From an uncultured Veillonellaceae bacterium (GTDB lineage: Bacteria > Bacillota > Negativicutes > Selenomonadales > Selenomonadaceae): a DNA stretch of 64,000 bases. Position numbers and translations under genes: made by a program. Positions 19,601-28,144 of the stretch are shown here, in pieces. The notes beneath the pieces are model-generated. The model was not told where the DNA came from. It ran no database searches and saw nothing but the letters and a program-made list of their open reading frames with translations. How positions within the stretch are numbered: the stretch's first letter is position 1; every line of letters begins with the position of its first letter. Location: assembly GCA_900314825.1 (NCBI GenBank), contig OMWS01000038.1, positions 1,200-65,199 of the forward strand. The letters run 5' to 3'.

Positions 19601-19730
19601 GGAGGAAGAGGAAGCCGATGCGACCGAGACGGATGTCTTCGTCGAAGAGGCGAGCGACCTCCACTTCGAACCGCTCCATTTCGCGTTCGCGGAGCCGGAG
19701 AATCCAAAGTACCTTTCCTTTTGCGCTTAA
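16638..19730 (+). CDS. SNF2/DEAD-like helicase with inserted zinc ribbon
   Basis: Motif I MLAGQTGVGKTL; motif II FAIFDEVHKL; motif III FLTGTLSNG; C-terminal helicase MNPRLVAEGMNL and TVRQASQRSNRINQ. CPHCGRPL...CGAKLW forms a zinc ribbon. Confidence 0.8.
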   Translation: MLSSAIIETYKNSKDINGHYSVNYDVFATDRYSDRVLFMSFIDEANRMQNLIASHKHGDRVIIRLNSTRYEVNAKNSTIESQRIGDYTHVFLRYKQEDEERPTDQTFLLFEDFTSDDFDVVEDASKVPESVVEQVRECIMEHTAVPFVAEWAPYVAKELQRRHAFEYARIEDYSGHREKYGFKSLIVFHLRNEDVESIMSFGLSHKRISIDGCNKVSERFKHAAKNISEYQREFGQDLAEHTTKEFHPAFNPKTEEVSQRVNDFFDICTYYVPDVQKFRVQKNVIEAGVRCLKKGRNFMLAGQTGVGKTLMSIGTVYASAWRDDFSCIVMAPSHLVAQWGDEIREKVPLSEVMVADDLAGFMKAERELKNPLRMRSLWVVMSYNTVKATYSEHPGVVWSDAAKGYVCPHCGRPLAFRHLSMDDGVNQEYAMMNATAEDFLKEPSETEDKKTRYCKQVFDADGKVVDGCGAKLWTASTRENSNGTCNSELWNHPETTEDAWVKISGLGWVQKGRIQELKESIDFRIEHYNTTRRNSMRYKELKRWQKALINYEARGVVMQYPHRYSIAKYMRKHLNKAFDFAIFDEVHKLSGDSRQGEAFGQVTNAVKKSVFLTGTLSNGYASGLFYILFRTQAAKMLSDGFRHDSVTEFQEKYGVSETTQVVNGRYDREHRRLVDIRRHNKKKEMPGISPTVVADYLMNNMVSVTKRDISNHLCDYKEIPVGIRMDKEMGDAYHRIIRNVTTYISVRGRYRNAGTTRYIKNALNIADMFLDQPFGLDTGDSAGLNVIELSPDTIRPKEQKLIDLALEKQEAGEKMLVYLNWTQKTDIANRLAQLLDDNGISAEVMGANVKPNERAGWLAQQAADGVDVVIMNPRLVAEGMNLLEYTNIVFYEVGSELTTVRQASQRSNRINQENPVTVYFFYYKGTVQEDSLGLISQKLKASKAIEGDFTTSALQDMTEDTDILTKLVNSIVKDEHISVSEDNFENSREEEEADATETDVFVEEASDLHFEPLHFAFAEPENPKYLSFCA

Positions 19731-19839
19731 GAAACACTGAATTTTTTGGGGGAAAATCCTTCCAGATGCACAAGTACCCGCATTGCGTTTCGTAATGATG
19801 GGGGCAGATGCTTGTGCATCTCAAAGGAGGTTTCGTCAA

Positions 19840-20127
19840 ATGTTGCATCTGAAACAGGTCACGCAGCCGTTTACTTGGGAAAGAGACCACATAACAGGAG
19901 ATTATATTAAGTATGGTGATTTTTACTACTGGGACGACGAGGACAACTTCGTCGTGTCCCTGAAGACATACAGGAAATTCAAAGAAATAAAGAAGCGCGA
20001 GGATTGGGATTACTCCCGCCTGCAGAACGCAGCCACGCAGTATGAATACGAGCAGGCCATCAAGGAGCAGACACGCGAGTTCCAGATGGAGACGCTCTTG
20101 GACCGCAAGGTGGAAGGAGAAGACTGA
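19840..20127 (+). CDS. hypothetical protein
   Basis: ATG 19840 after AAAGGAGG. 95 aa. Confidence 0.4.
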   Translation: MLHLKQVTQPFTWERDHITGDYIKYGDFYYWDDEDNFVVSLKTYRKFKEIKKREDWDYSRLQNAATQYEYEQAIKEQTREFQMETLLDRKVEGED

Positions 20128-22784
20128 TGGCGGACGAAGAGAAGAAGCAGGAATCCGGGGATACCAGCACGCATGAGGGCGAATGGTGGGTGCGCCAGAA
20201 TGATGGTGTCGTCGTTGAAGACTGCATCCCTGAAACGCAGGCAGCACTTGTCGACCTCGGTCATTGGTTTCATGACAGGGCAGGGCATTGCCTGGTCTGC
20301 ACGGCGGGCACGAACGGAAAGCACGCGGGCGGCGAACACAGCCATGCGGCCGGATGGAAGCTCGACGTCAACGACTGGTACGGCCCTGAAGGGCTCGGCG
20401 GCGAATATTTCGGCTACCCGCTCGATACGGCTGGCACGCAGTTCTTGGCAGAGTTCATTGATTATGGACACAGCCTTGGCTTGGGCATGGCTATCGAGGG
20501 CGATCATGTCGATGTCCAGGTCGACGGACGGGAGTGGACGACCGGCGAAGAGTTCGGCGGCTACAAGAACCCGAACGGCAACAAGACGAAGTTCTCGCCC
20601 AACGGCAAGTCGCCGTCTGCCGGCGGCCCGCACAGCAACGGCAACGCTTACCTGAACAACATCAAGGATCACGGCGGTATGCTCGAACTCATGCCGTCAG
20701 GGAAGACGTATGCCGAGTCCGTTTACCCAGACTATGTCTATGTCTCAGGCAACATCCCGTGCTCGCCCATCGAGAAGACGGTCGTCAACAAGACGGGCGC
20801 GCTCGACAAGAAAGACACCTACAGCGTGATGACGGATCGCACGATGCGGGACATCACCGGACTGGAAACCGAGCCGTTCACGGCCGGCAAGGCGATGGAG
20901 CAGGCGCAGCGCCAGTTCGATCCGACGAAATGCCAGCTGGAAGTGAAGGTCCCGAACGCCGGCAAGCCTTTGAATAATAATGACCCGTTTCCTGCGGATC
21001 TGAAAATCGAAGAGTTGGAGCGCCATCTCCCCCGCGTCAAGCAGTACAAGATGCCGTACGACAAGAATGTCGGTGCGACAAAGTCCATTGCGGCGGCGCT
21101 CCTGCATGTCTCCGACTATACGGAGAAGCGCCTCGTGCGCCTCGAAAACAACATGGCTACGCTCATGCGATACGTTTTCGCTATGGGATCTCGCGTTGCC
21201 ATAAACTGCGTCTATTGGGGAGGAACCGACCATCGTAGCAAATATTGTACGGTTCGCTGCCTGAAGGACAACCGTATCGAGGACGGCCAGGTGATGCAGA
21301 TCGACCAGTGCCTTTCGTGCTCCCGCTACGAACCCATCATCGGACAGACGTATGATCTGATGGGAGAAGTCGGTGCGAATCTCGCGAACATCGAAGACGA
21401 TATGCAGATGGGCTACATGAACATGGATGAGTATATCAACTTCCTCCGCGTGGAGAAGATGCACGACAAGAAGAAGGCGCAGACGCTCGCCTACATCAAC
21501 CAGAAGCAGCGCAACCCGAACGACGTGTCGTTCAAGGACCAGTGGGACAAGGGCATGGAGATGAGCTGGAAGCTCACCCCTGTCGAGAACCAGAAACCCC
21601 AGATCAATTGGAGGAAGGACATCAACAGCAAGGACGAGAGCCCGAAGAAGCTCGACTCCTACCAGTCCGGCCCGGGCCAATCGGGGAACGACCCCGGAAG
21701 CACGCTCGGGAAAGGCGCTGCGGCCTCCGCGATGGAGGAGCATCTCAAAGCCATGCAGGCTATCCTCGACACGAAGCCGAAGGAGACGAAGGACCCTCAG
21801 ACGGGCGAGACGAAGACGGAAGACCCGTATCCGACCGCCCGCCCCGCTATCGCGGAAGGATTCAAGAAGGGCGAGGCCGCCGCGAAATCCGCGCTCGAAG
21901 CCATGAAGAACAATGGTTACGAGCAGGCGCTTCAGAACGCTTGCTCTAACGCATCGTCGTTCGACCCCGTGCTCGCGTTCTCTATCGCATCCCTCGTGTC
22001 GGGCGGTGACATCCGTGGCGATGGCCTCTTCAAGCTTGGCGGCGAGAAGCCGGAAGACCAGACGAAGGCCGGCATCGACCACTACAACGAGCTGAAGAAG
22101 GACTACGGCAAGGGGAGCAACCCCATCGGCCCGGTGCAGGCGTGGAGCGGATGGAAGGACGGCCTCGACTCCATCAACAAAGACAACTCGACGTATGATG
22201 AAGCGTGGGCAAAGGCTGTTGGAGGAGACACGTTCTTCCCGGCGGTCGCAAAAGCGTACGAGACGATCGCCAAGTCCTGCACCAGCCTGTCACAAGCGAG
22301 CGCGAAGCCGACAACGGACGGCGCGCCGAGCATCGAGTTCCCGCTGAAGTCGGGAGACCTTGCAAAAGCGTACTTCGTTCAGGACTTCGGAGCGACGTCT
22401 GTAGGCGGCACTGTGGCTCTCGTGTCGGATGCCGTTTGCATCGAGCTGAAGGAGAGTGTTCCCGTCTACGCCCCAATAGAGGGTTCGTATTCCAACGTTG
22501 CATACGATGATACGTATGGCAACTATACGGTCGTCAAGGCAAGCAACGGGCGCACGTACCTCATCGGCGGCCTCGATACGTGGGACACGCTCAATGGAGA
22601 TGTCATTCACGCGAAGAACCAGATTGGCACGACGACGAACCGCCTCGTGCTGAAGGTGATGGACAACGGTCAGGCCGTCGACCCGAAGGTCGTCTGGCCG
22701 TCCCTCTCCGGCAAGTGCACCACGGAGAAGTCGATCGGCGAACAGATTGCGGACGAGAACAGCATCAGGGCGAACAACGATTGA
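20127..22784 (+). CDS. large virion/lysis-associated protein with an LAS-type peptidase motif and a His-less LytM-like C-terminus (tentative)
   Basis: N-terminus: HSHAAGWKLDVND (HxxGxxxD) and GDHVDVQV resemble M15/VanY-type LAS motifs. C-terminus: VYAPIEGSY..YGNYTVVKASNGRTYLIGGL..GDVIHAKNQIGTT...LVLKVMDNGQAVDP has M23 topology but lacks the metal-binding histidines. Confidence 0.4.
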   Translation: MADEEKKQESGDTSTHEGEWWVRQNDGVVVEDCIPETQAALVDLGHWFHDRAGHCLVCTAGTNGKHAGGEHSHAAGWKLDVNDWYGPEGLGGEYFGYPLDTAGTQFLAEFIDYGHSLGLGMAIEGDHVDVQVDGREWTTGEEFGGYKNPNGNKTKFSPNGKSPSAGGPHSNGNAYLNNIKDHGGMLELMPSGKTYAESVYPDYVYVSGNIPCSPIEKTVVNKTGALDKKDTYSVMTDRTMRDITGLETEPFTAGKAMEQAQRQFDPTKCQLEVKVPNAGKPLNNNDPFPADLKIEELERHLPRVKQYKMPYDKNVGATKSIAAALLHVSDYTEKRLVRLENNMATLMRYVFAMGSRVAINCVYWGGTDHRSKYCTVRCLKDNRIEDGQVMQIDQCLSCSRYEPIIGQTYDLMGEVGANLANIEDDMQMGYMNMDEYINFLRVEKMHDKKKAQTLAYINQKQRNPNDVSFKDQWDKGMEMSWKLTPVENQKPQINWRKDINSKDESPKKLDSYQSGPGQSGNDPGSTLGKGAAASAMEEHLKAMQAILDTKPKETKDPQTGETKTEDPYPTARPAIAEGFKKGEAAAKSALEAMKNNGYEQALQNACSNASSFDPVLAFSIASLVSGGDIRGDGLFKLGGEKPEDQTKAGIDHYNELKKDYGKGSNPIGPVQAWSGWKDGLDSINKDNSTYDEAWAKAVGGDTFFPAVAKAYETIAKSCTSLSQASAKPTTDGAPSIEFPLKSGDLAKAYFVQDFGATSVGGTVALVSDAVCIELKESVPVYAPIEGSYSNVAYDDTYGNYTVVKASNGRTYLIGGLDTWDTLNGDVIHAKNQIGTTTNRLVLKVMDNGQAVDPKVVWPSLSGKCTTEKSIGEQIADENSIRANND

Positions 22785-22791
22785 CCAGAAT

Positions 22792-22822
22792 CACTCCTCC
22801 ATTTGGAGGAGTGAGATTTTTT
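22792..22822 (+). terminator. rho-independent terminator
   Basis: CACTCCTCC-attt-GGAGGAGTG followed by AGATTTTTT. Confidence 0.75.
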
Positions 22823-22893
22823 GTGCCGAGAGCTTCCCGGTTCGGTAATATGCACTTAGATATATCCTATGTTGCAACAAGGAGAAGATACAA

Positions 22894-23355
22894 ATGAGCG
22901 ACTTTTTGAAGTTTTTCAAGGGAGACGTGACGGCCGGCAAGCAGGACGGCGTCGACATCTCCTCCGGCGATCTCCAGAACCCCGTTGCCTTCGACCTCAA
23001 CCTGACGGCGGAGCAGACGGGTTATGCTAAGCTCGCAGTCCGCTGCGACAACGGCTTCGCTGCCGACGGCGACGTGGAGATCGAGGTCAAGTACAAGACA
23101 GTCGACAACAGCGACGCTGCAAAAGCGATGGTCGGCCGCTACATGCTCGCTGTTGATGAAGGCTATGACGACCAGACGGTGTCTGGCGCGACCTTCACGA
23201 ACCGCATCTCCATCTCGGGCCTCGAGGACTCGAACAAGCTGTTCTGGCTCCGCTGCACGTCGTCGAAGGATGAGGCGCCGTCCGTGGACAAGAACTGCGT
23301 CCTGCATGCGGAAGCGATGATCAAACTGAAGACGGACGCATCGGCGAACTCGTAA
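22894..23355 (+). CDS. hypothetical (possible virion) protein
   Basis: 153-aa ORF directly upstream of the tail-fibre gene. No motif recognised. Confidence 0.4.
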   Translation: MSDFLKFFKGDVTAGKQDGVDISSGDLQNPVAFDLNLTAEQTGYAKLAVRCDNGFAADGDVEIEVKYKTVDNSDAAKAMVGRYMLAVDEGYDDQTVSGATFTNRISISGLEDSNKLFWLRCTSSKDEAPSVDKNCVLHAEAMIKLKTDASANS

Positions 23356-23368
23356 GGGAGGGACCGGA

Positions 23369-24742
23369 ATGTCCGAAGAGAAGTATATCGTCCTCGATGC
23401 GGACATCCTCCGCAAGACGACAAAGAAGGATGAGGCGCAGTCCGGCATCATGCGCTCCACCGGGGCACATGAAACACCGGACTTCGTGCTGGAGCGCCGG
23501 ACGTACAAGGAGGCGCAAGCCGAAGCAGGCATCCAGAGGGAGACGGTAGGGCGTGTCGAGACGGATGCCGACATCCGCCGCATCACGTATACCGGTGTAT
23601 CCTACAAGACGGACCCTTCAGTCAAGGTCACGTCCGACCTGGCGAAGACCATCAACAGCAACCTGCCTCATCTCGCGACGACGGAATACGTCGAGGACCA
23701 GATCAAGAAGAGTCTCTCAGACTCGAAGGAGATGCAAGAAGTCCTTGCGAGCATCAAGGATACGATGGCTGACGACAACGTCGATCGCATCCTCAGCGCC
23801 ATGGGCAAGTACCTCCCGCTTTCGGGCGGCACGGTACGCGGCGACCTCGAGGTGCTCGGCATGGTCAGGGGCAAGGTGGCGAGCGCGGACAAGGCGACGT
23901 TCACGGAGTACGCGAACCGCGCAGACCGTGCGAACCTCGCCGACACCGCAACTGTCGCGACGACGGCGCAGGAGTGCGCTGGTAATGCCTTGACAGCCGA
24001 CAAGGCATCGTACGCTTCGCGGGCGGCCGTGTCGGACAGCTGTACAGGCAACGCTGCAACAGCGACCATCGCAGAGACGGCGAAGTCCGTCGAGTCCGTC
24101 CCGTGGAGCTCCGTCCAGGACGCGCCGAAGAAATATCCGGCGAACGGCGGCGACGCGGACACTGCGAAGATTGCGGAAAGCGTCGACTGGAGGGGCGTCA
24201 GGAACGCTCCGGACTTCCTTACGGAGGTCAAGTGGTCGGACATCCGAGGCGTACCTCCGACGGCGGAAGCCACGACGATCGCATGGGAGAATGTCACGGG
24301 ACGCCCGACGGCCATGCGTGCCGACGGTGGCGTCGCGGACAAGGCCAAGTCCGTCGACTGGGCGGATGTCCAGAACAAACCCGCAGAACGCATCATCACA
24401 TGGGATGACGTCACGCAGAAGCCGTCCATCTACCTGAAGGCAGACAAGATCGACTGGAACCTCGACGTCATCAACAAGCCGAAATATTTCCCGACGAAGT
24501 CCGTGACGTGGGAACAGGTGACGGGGAAGCCCGACCTGTTCCCGAACCAGCCGGTCAGCTACAAGGACCTCCTGAACGTGCCGGACAAGTTTCCGACGAC
24601 ATGGGAGCAGATTGCAGGGAAGCCGGTGGACCTCGTGCACGCCAGCGACAAGATCGCGATGGCGGCGCATGCCGACAAGGCGGACCTCGCAGTCAGCGTC
24701 CCGACGACGGACCTCGGAGGGAACATCTGGATCGAGTTCTGA
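23369..24742 (+). CDS. phage tail fibre protein with W-x2-(V/I)-x2-(K/R)P repeats
   Basis: Recurring VPWSSVQDAP, VDWRGVRNAP, VKWSDIRGVP, IAWENVTGRP, VDWADVQNKP, ITWDDVTQKP, IDWNLDVINKP, VTWEQVTGKP, TTWEQIAGKP. This resembles the phage tail-fibre repeat. Confidence 0.7.
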   Translation: MSEEKYIVLDADILRKTTKKDEAQSGIMRSTGAHETPDFVLERRTYKEAQAEAGIQRETVGRVETDADIRRITYTGVSYKTDPSVKVTSDLAKTINSNLPHLATTEYVEDQIKKSLSDSKEMQEVLASIKDTMADDNVDRILSAMGKYLPLSGGTVRGDLEVLGMVRGKVASADKATFTEYANRADRANLADTATVATTAQECAGNALTADKASYASRAAVSDSCTGNAATATIAETAKSVESVPWSSVQDAPKKYPANGGDADTAKIAESVDWRGVRNAPDFLTEVKWSDIRGVPPTAEATTIAWENVTGRPTAMRADGGVADKAKSVDWADVQNKPAERIITWDDVTQKPSIYLKADKIDWNLDVINKPKYFPTKSVTWEQVTGKPDLFPNQPVSYKDLLNVPDKFPTTWEQIAGKPVDLVHASDKIAMAAHADKADLAVSVPTTDLGGNIWIEF

Positions 24743-24898
24743 TTCAATTCTTAAGTTTTACATTTGGTGCGATTCTATTTACTTTTTGCCATAGAAGTGC
24801 TACACTTGAAGCGTGGTAAACAGGAACCAGCCTCGTAGCGATCCCGGAAGCAGACGAAGCTGTGCCAGTGAACAATCTACGCATAGTGAGGAGGACTC

Positions 24899-25327
24899 AT
24901 GAACAAGAAGAAATCGCCGAAGCTCTGCTTCGCCGCGCCAGAATACTTTTCCTTGGATTTTGAACACGATCGCTACAAGATGCTGGAGACACCGACACTG
25001 CAAAAACTCTGCCTGCCCCCAGAGGGGAGCCTCCGCGAGCTGGAAGAGAGCGCCTGCATCCTGCCGGAATGCATGCACGCATTCCTCAGGGACAGGGACA
25101 GTCTCCTCGAGCTCTACGGCATGGGCATCGAGGGCAACAGCGAGCTGCACCAGCTGATGTATGTTCTCTCCGCTGACATGTTGCGGTACATCCCTGTCAG
25201 CGTGACTGTCGTCTTCAAGTGGGACGAGACATCCCGCACGGTGAAAGAAGCCACCGGCAAGATGACGATCGTGCGGGAGATTCCTGTGGCGAGTATCCGT
25301 CGCTGTCAGGAGAGGCAGATCGCCTGA
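24899..25327 (+). CDS. hypothetical protein
   Basis: RBS GTGAGGAGG. 142 aa. Confidence 0.4.
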   Translation: MNKKKSPKLCFAAPEYFSLDFEHDRYKMLETPTLQKLCLPPEGSLRELEESACILPECMHAFLRDRDSLLELYGMGIEGNSELHQLMYVLSADMLRYIPVSVTVVFKWDETSRTVKEATGKMTIVREIPVASIRRCQERQIA

Positions 25328-25351
25328 GAAAATCTTTTATTGGGGTTTTGT

Positions 25352-25380
25352 GAGCCGTCCGTTGCGGGCGGCTCTTTTTG
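25352..25380 (+). terminator. rho-independent terminator
   Basis: GAGCCGTCCG-ttg-CGGGCGGCTC followed by TTTTT. Confidence 0.65.
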
Positions 25381-25519
25381 ATTGCGAAATTCTGGACTAT
25401 CGTATTTCGTCTGTGAATAAGAGCGCTTTGCCACCGTAACTCCAATGGAGAGGAACTGGCGTAGCAGGGATTTTCTGATTCGCGTCGAACTGAATAAATA
25501 GTCAACGACGAAGGGACGG

Positions 25520-25786
25520 ATGGCGATGTCGCAGCAAGAAAACCTTCACGGATGGCTGCAAGATGCGTATGACAGGCTGGAGGAAAGGCTGATGCCGACG
25601 ATCCCGTTGACGGCTTGGAAGCCGGGGGATTTGGATCCGCCTTGGTTCAATATGCATACCGGCGAATTCTATGGGGACATCTATCAGGAATACTGCGAAA
25701 AGAACGGCGAAGACTGGAGGACATCCCCTATGAATTTTGCCATAAAAGCTCGTCATTTTATTGGTGGACCATCAGGAAGAAAATAA
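25520..25786 (+). CDS. hypothetical protein
   Basis: ATG after GAAGGGACGG. 88 aa. Confidence 0.35.
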   Translation: MAMSQQENLHGWLQDAYDRLEERLMPTIPLTAWKPGDLDPPWFNMHTGEFYGDIYQEYCEKNGEDWRTSPMNFAIKARHFIGGPSGRK

Positions 25787-25891
25787 TGGAGATGCACAGA
25801 AAACAGATACGAACGAGGATTTGCTGGATGCCGTGCAGGGATGAGAGACTTCCAGTAGAATATGACCGCGCGGGGAAAGGAAGGAAAAGAG

Positions 25892-26161
25892 ATGGACAAG
25901 GAAACGTTTGAAAAGCAGGTCGACGAGCTTACGCTCGCGCTATTGTACCTCAACCGATTCAAAGAGCGAGGAGATTCCTACTGGCGCTCGTGGAAGGGAT
26001 ATGACTTTGATTCCCTCAGCAGTCTGACAGATCAAGGGATGCTCTATGATGGCAGCCATCGGAGCAAGTCGGTCGCATTGACGAACGAGGGGATGCAGAA
26101 AGCCAAAGAGCTTTTGAAGCAGTTGCACATGGAAGATCCGTGGAGAGACAGCGAAGACTGA
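25892..26161 (+). CDS. small hypothetical protein (resembles the DUF6429-type family from memory)
   Basis: MDKETFEKQVDELTLALLYLNRF...WKGYDFDSLSSLTDQGML..SKSVALTNEGM. ATG 25892 follows AAAGGAAGGAAAAG. Confidence 0.35.
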   Translation: MDKETFEKQVDELTLALLYLNRFKERGDSYWRSWKGYDFDSLSSLTDQGMLYDGSHRSKSVALTNEGMQKAKELLKQLHMEDPWRDSED

Positions 26162-26189
26162 TTTTTTTTGTTTGACGGGAGGAGCATGT

Positions 26190-26417
26190 ATGGGAGACGT
26201 CAAGTACGAAATTATGCAGGAAATCGGTGTCCTGTCCGAGAATTCAAAAGGCTGGCGCAAGGAGCTCAATCTGGTCTCTTGGAATGGGAAGCCGCCGAAG
26301 TTCGATTTGCGCGATTGGGCGCCAGACCACGAGAAGATGGGGAAGGGAACGACGCTCACGAATGATGAGCTCAAGAAGCTCTACGAGATTTTGGCAGAGA
26401 TGCACGAATCAAGATAG
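26190..26417 (+). CDS. YdbC-like (PC4-type ssDNA-binding fold) protein
   Basis: VKYEIMQEIGVLSENSKGWRKELNLVSWNGKPPKFDLRDWAPDHEKMGKGTTLT matches my recollection of the Bacillus YdbC family closely. ATG follows GGGAGGAG. Confidence 0.6.
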   Translation: MGDVKYEIMQEIGVLSENSKGWRKELNLVSWNGKPPKFDLRDWAPDHEKMGKGTTLTNDELKKLYEILAEMHESR

Positions 26418-26439
26418 TGTTTGGCGAATCTATGCTTTC

Positions 26440-26664
26440 GGATATACGGGGGGTCAATTACCCACCACCTAGCGGCTTCGCCGCTTGAGGTGGGGGCTTG
26501 CAAGAGCCCGGAGTAATTGAGCAGAGACAACGACACAGCAGGAGCATCTGCACCGCCTTGGGTGATGACAAGCCTCTTGCGCCGGGGGTGGCTGTGCCGA
26601 GTCTATGGCACCACAACTCTGTGCCGTCAAGGCACGGAGGCTTATCGCAAAAGGAGTTTTCCTA
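26440..26664 (+). ncRNA. candidate IscB omegaRNA, second locus (boundaries approximate)
   Basis: Noncoding region 5' of iscB-2. It has a nested hairpin CCACCT-AGCGGC-ttc-GCCGCT-tg-AGGTGG (26465-26493), then GGGCTT-GCAA-GAGCCC (26494-26509) followed by GGAGTAA. This is collinear with 3445-3482. Confidence 0.55.
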
Positions 26665-28134
26665 ATGTATGTTGTCTATGTCCTGAACCAGAGCGGCAAG
26701 CCGCTCATGCCGACCAGAAGGTTCGGCCATGTCCGCAGGCTCCTGAAGTCCGGGATGGCGAAGGCCGTTTCCACAAAGCCTTTCATCATCCGCTTGCAGT
26801 ATATATCAAGCGACACAAAACAGCCGCTTCATGGGGCAACCGACCCTGGGCGCACGAACATCGGCGAAGCCGTCATCAATGACAAGGGCGAAGTTGTGTA
26901 TGCGGCGCATGTTGCCAGCAGGAACAAAGAAATCCCGAAACTCATGGAAAACCGTGCCAGTCACCGCAGTGCTTCCCGCAGGGGCGAACGCCTCCGCCGC
27001 AAGCGCCGGGCTGAAAAGAACGGCACGACAACCGAGTTTCCGAACGGAAGAAAGCTCCCCGGCTACGAGGATGGTGTCCTGCCGCTGAAGGACATCATCA
27101 ACACTGAGGCAAAGTTCAACAACCGCAGGCGGCCTGCTGGCTGGCTCACGCCGACAGCGCGGCAGTGCGTGCAGACGCATCTGAGCATGGTGCGCCGCAT
27201 CTGCAAGTTTCTGCCCGTCACGGACTGGACGCTGGAGTACAATCGTTTCGCCTTCATGCAGCTGGAGGATGGGACAGTCCGTGGCTGGGACTTCCAGAAT
27301 GGACGCCTGAAGGGCTACGCAAGCAAGGAAGACTATGTCTGTGCCTTGCAGGATGGCAGGTGCGCCCTGTGCGGCGAGCCCATCGAGGACTACCACCACA
27401 TTCTGCCGAAACACAAGGGTGGCTCCGATACGCCGGAGAACCTTGTCGGCCTCTGCGCCTCCTGCCATGCGGCTGTGCATGCAAGAAAGAAAAGTCTCTC
27501 GCAGATTGGCAGGGCAAAGAAATATGCTGGCACGTCCATCGTCAACACAGCCATGCCCTTCATCTGGGACGGGCTTGTCCGCATGTTCGGCGAAGACGCC
27601 CATATCTGTGAGGGCCAGGATACTGCGGATGCCCGCAAGGCCCTCAATGTCCCGAAGGAACACTTTACCGATGCAGTCTGCATCGCTGGCCTCGGCTCTG
27701 GAATCATGCCGCGCTACGATGATGCACAGCCGTTCGAGCTCCGCCAGTTCCGCAACCACGACAGAGCCCTCATCAAGGCGCAGACAGAACGGACGTATCG
27801 GCTGGATGGAAAAATCGTTGCTAGGAACCGCAAGCCCCGTTTTGAGCAGAAAGGGCCAGCTTTGTCTGATTGGTTCGACTCCGTTGCCAAGGAAAAGGGA
27901 GAGAAAGAGGCCATGCGCCTTCTCTCGAAGCTCGAAGTCTCAAAAAGTCAGCGGCGGTACAACAATCTGGAGCGGCATCTTCCAGGCTCCGTATTCCTGT
28001 ACAAGGGGAAGCGCTACGTAATGCAGGGCCAGCGGACGAACGGAAACTATCTCATCCCCGTCGGTCATGCAGACTGGAACCTTCCAAGGAAACAGTGCAC
28101 ATTTGTTGGCTTCCAGTCTCTGGCCTATATCTAG
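26665..28134 (+). CDS. iscB: IscB RNA-guided endonuclease (second, divergent copy)
   Basis: MYVVYVLNQSGKPLMPT (PLMP); RuvC-I GATDPGRTNIG; Arg-rich HRSASRRGERLRRKRR; RuvC-II WTLEYNRFA; HNH CALCGEPIEDYHHILPKHKGGSDTPENLVGLCASCHAAVH; RuvC-III EHFTDAVCIA. ATG 26665 follows AAAGGAG; the 26605 extension reads into the RNA region. Confidence 0.85.
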   Translation: MYVVYVLNQSGKPLMPTRRFGHVRRLLKSGMAKAVSTKPFIIRLQYISSDTKQPLHGATDPGRTNIGEAVINDKGEVVYAAHVASRNKEIPKLMENRASHRSASRRGERLRRKRRAEKNGTTTEFPNGRKLPGYEDGVLPLKDIINTEAKFNNRRRPAGWLTPTARQCVQTHLSMVRRICKFLPVTDWTLEYNRFAFMQLEDGTVRGWDFQNGRLKGYASKEDYVCALQDGRCALCGEPIEDYHHILPKHKGGSDTPENLVGLCASCHAAVHARKKSLSQIGRAKKYAGTSIVNTAMPFIWDGLVRMFGEDAHICEGQDTADARKALNVPKEHFTDAVCIAGLGSGIMPRYDDAQPFELRQFRNHDRALIKAQTERTYRLDGKIVARNRKPRFEQKGPALSDWFDSVAKEKGEKEAMRLLSKLEVSKSQRRYNNLERHLPGSVFLYKGKRYVMQGQRTNGNYLIPVGHADWNLPRKQCTFVGFQSLAYI

Positions 28135-28144
28135 AAAGGAGGTG

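Noticed and set aside
24743-24898. Searched the intergenic regions (24743-24898, 25381-25519, 44400-44593) for tRNA or tmRNA genes.
   Set aside because: No cloverleaf-compatible acceptor and T-arm pairings were recognised by eye. tRNAscan-SE or ARAGORN would be needed to be certain.
26517-26882. ORF 26517..26882 and the N-terminal extension of iscB-2 starting at 26605.
   Set aside because: They read through the structured noncoding region. The PLMP-type N-terminus MYVVYVLNQSGKPLMPT with a good RBS starts at 26665, parallel to iscB-1.
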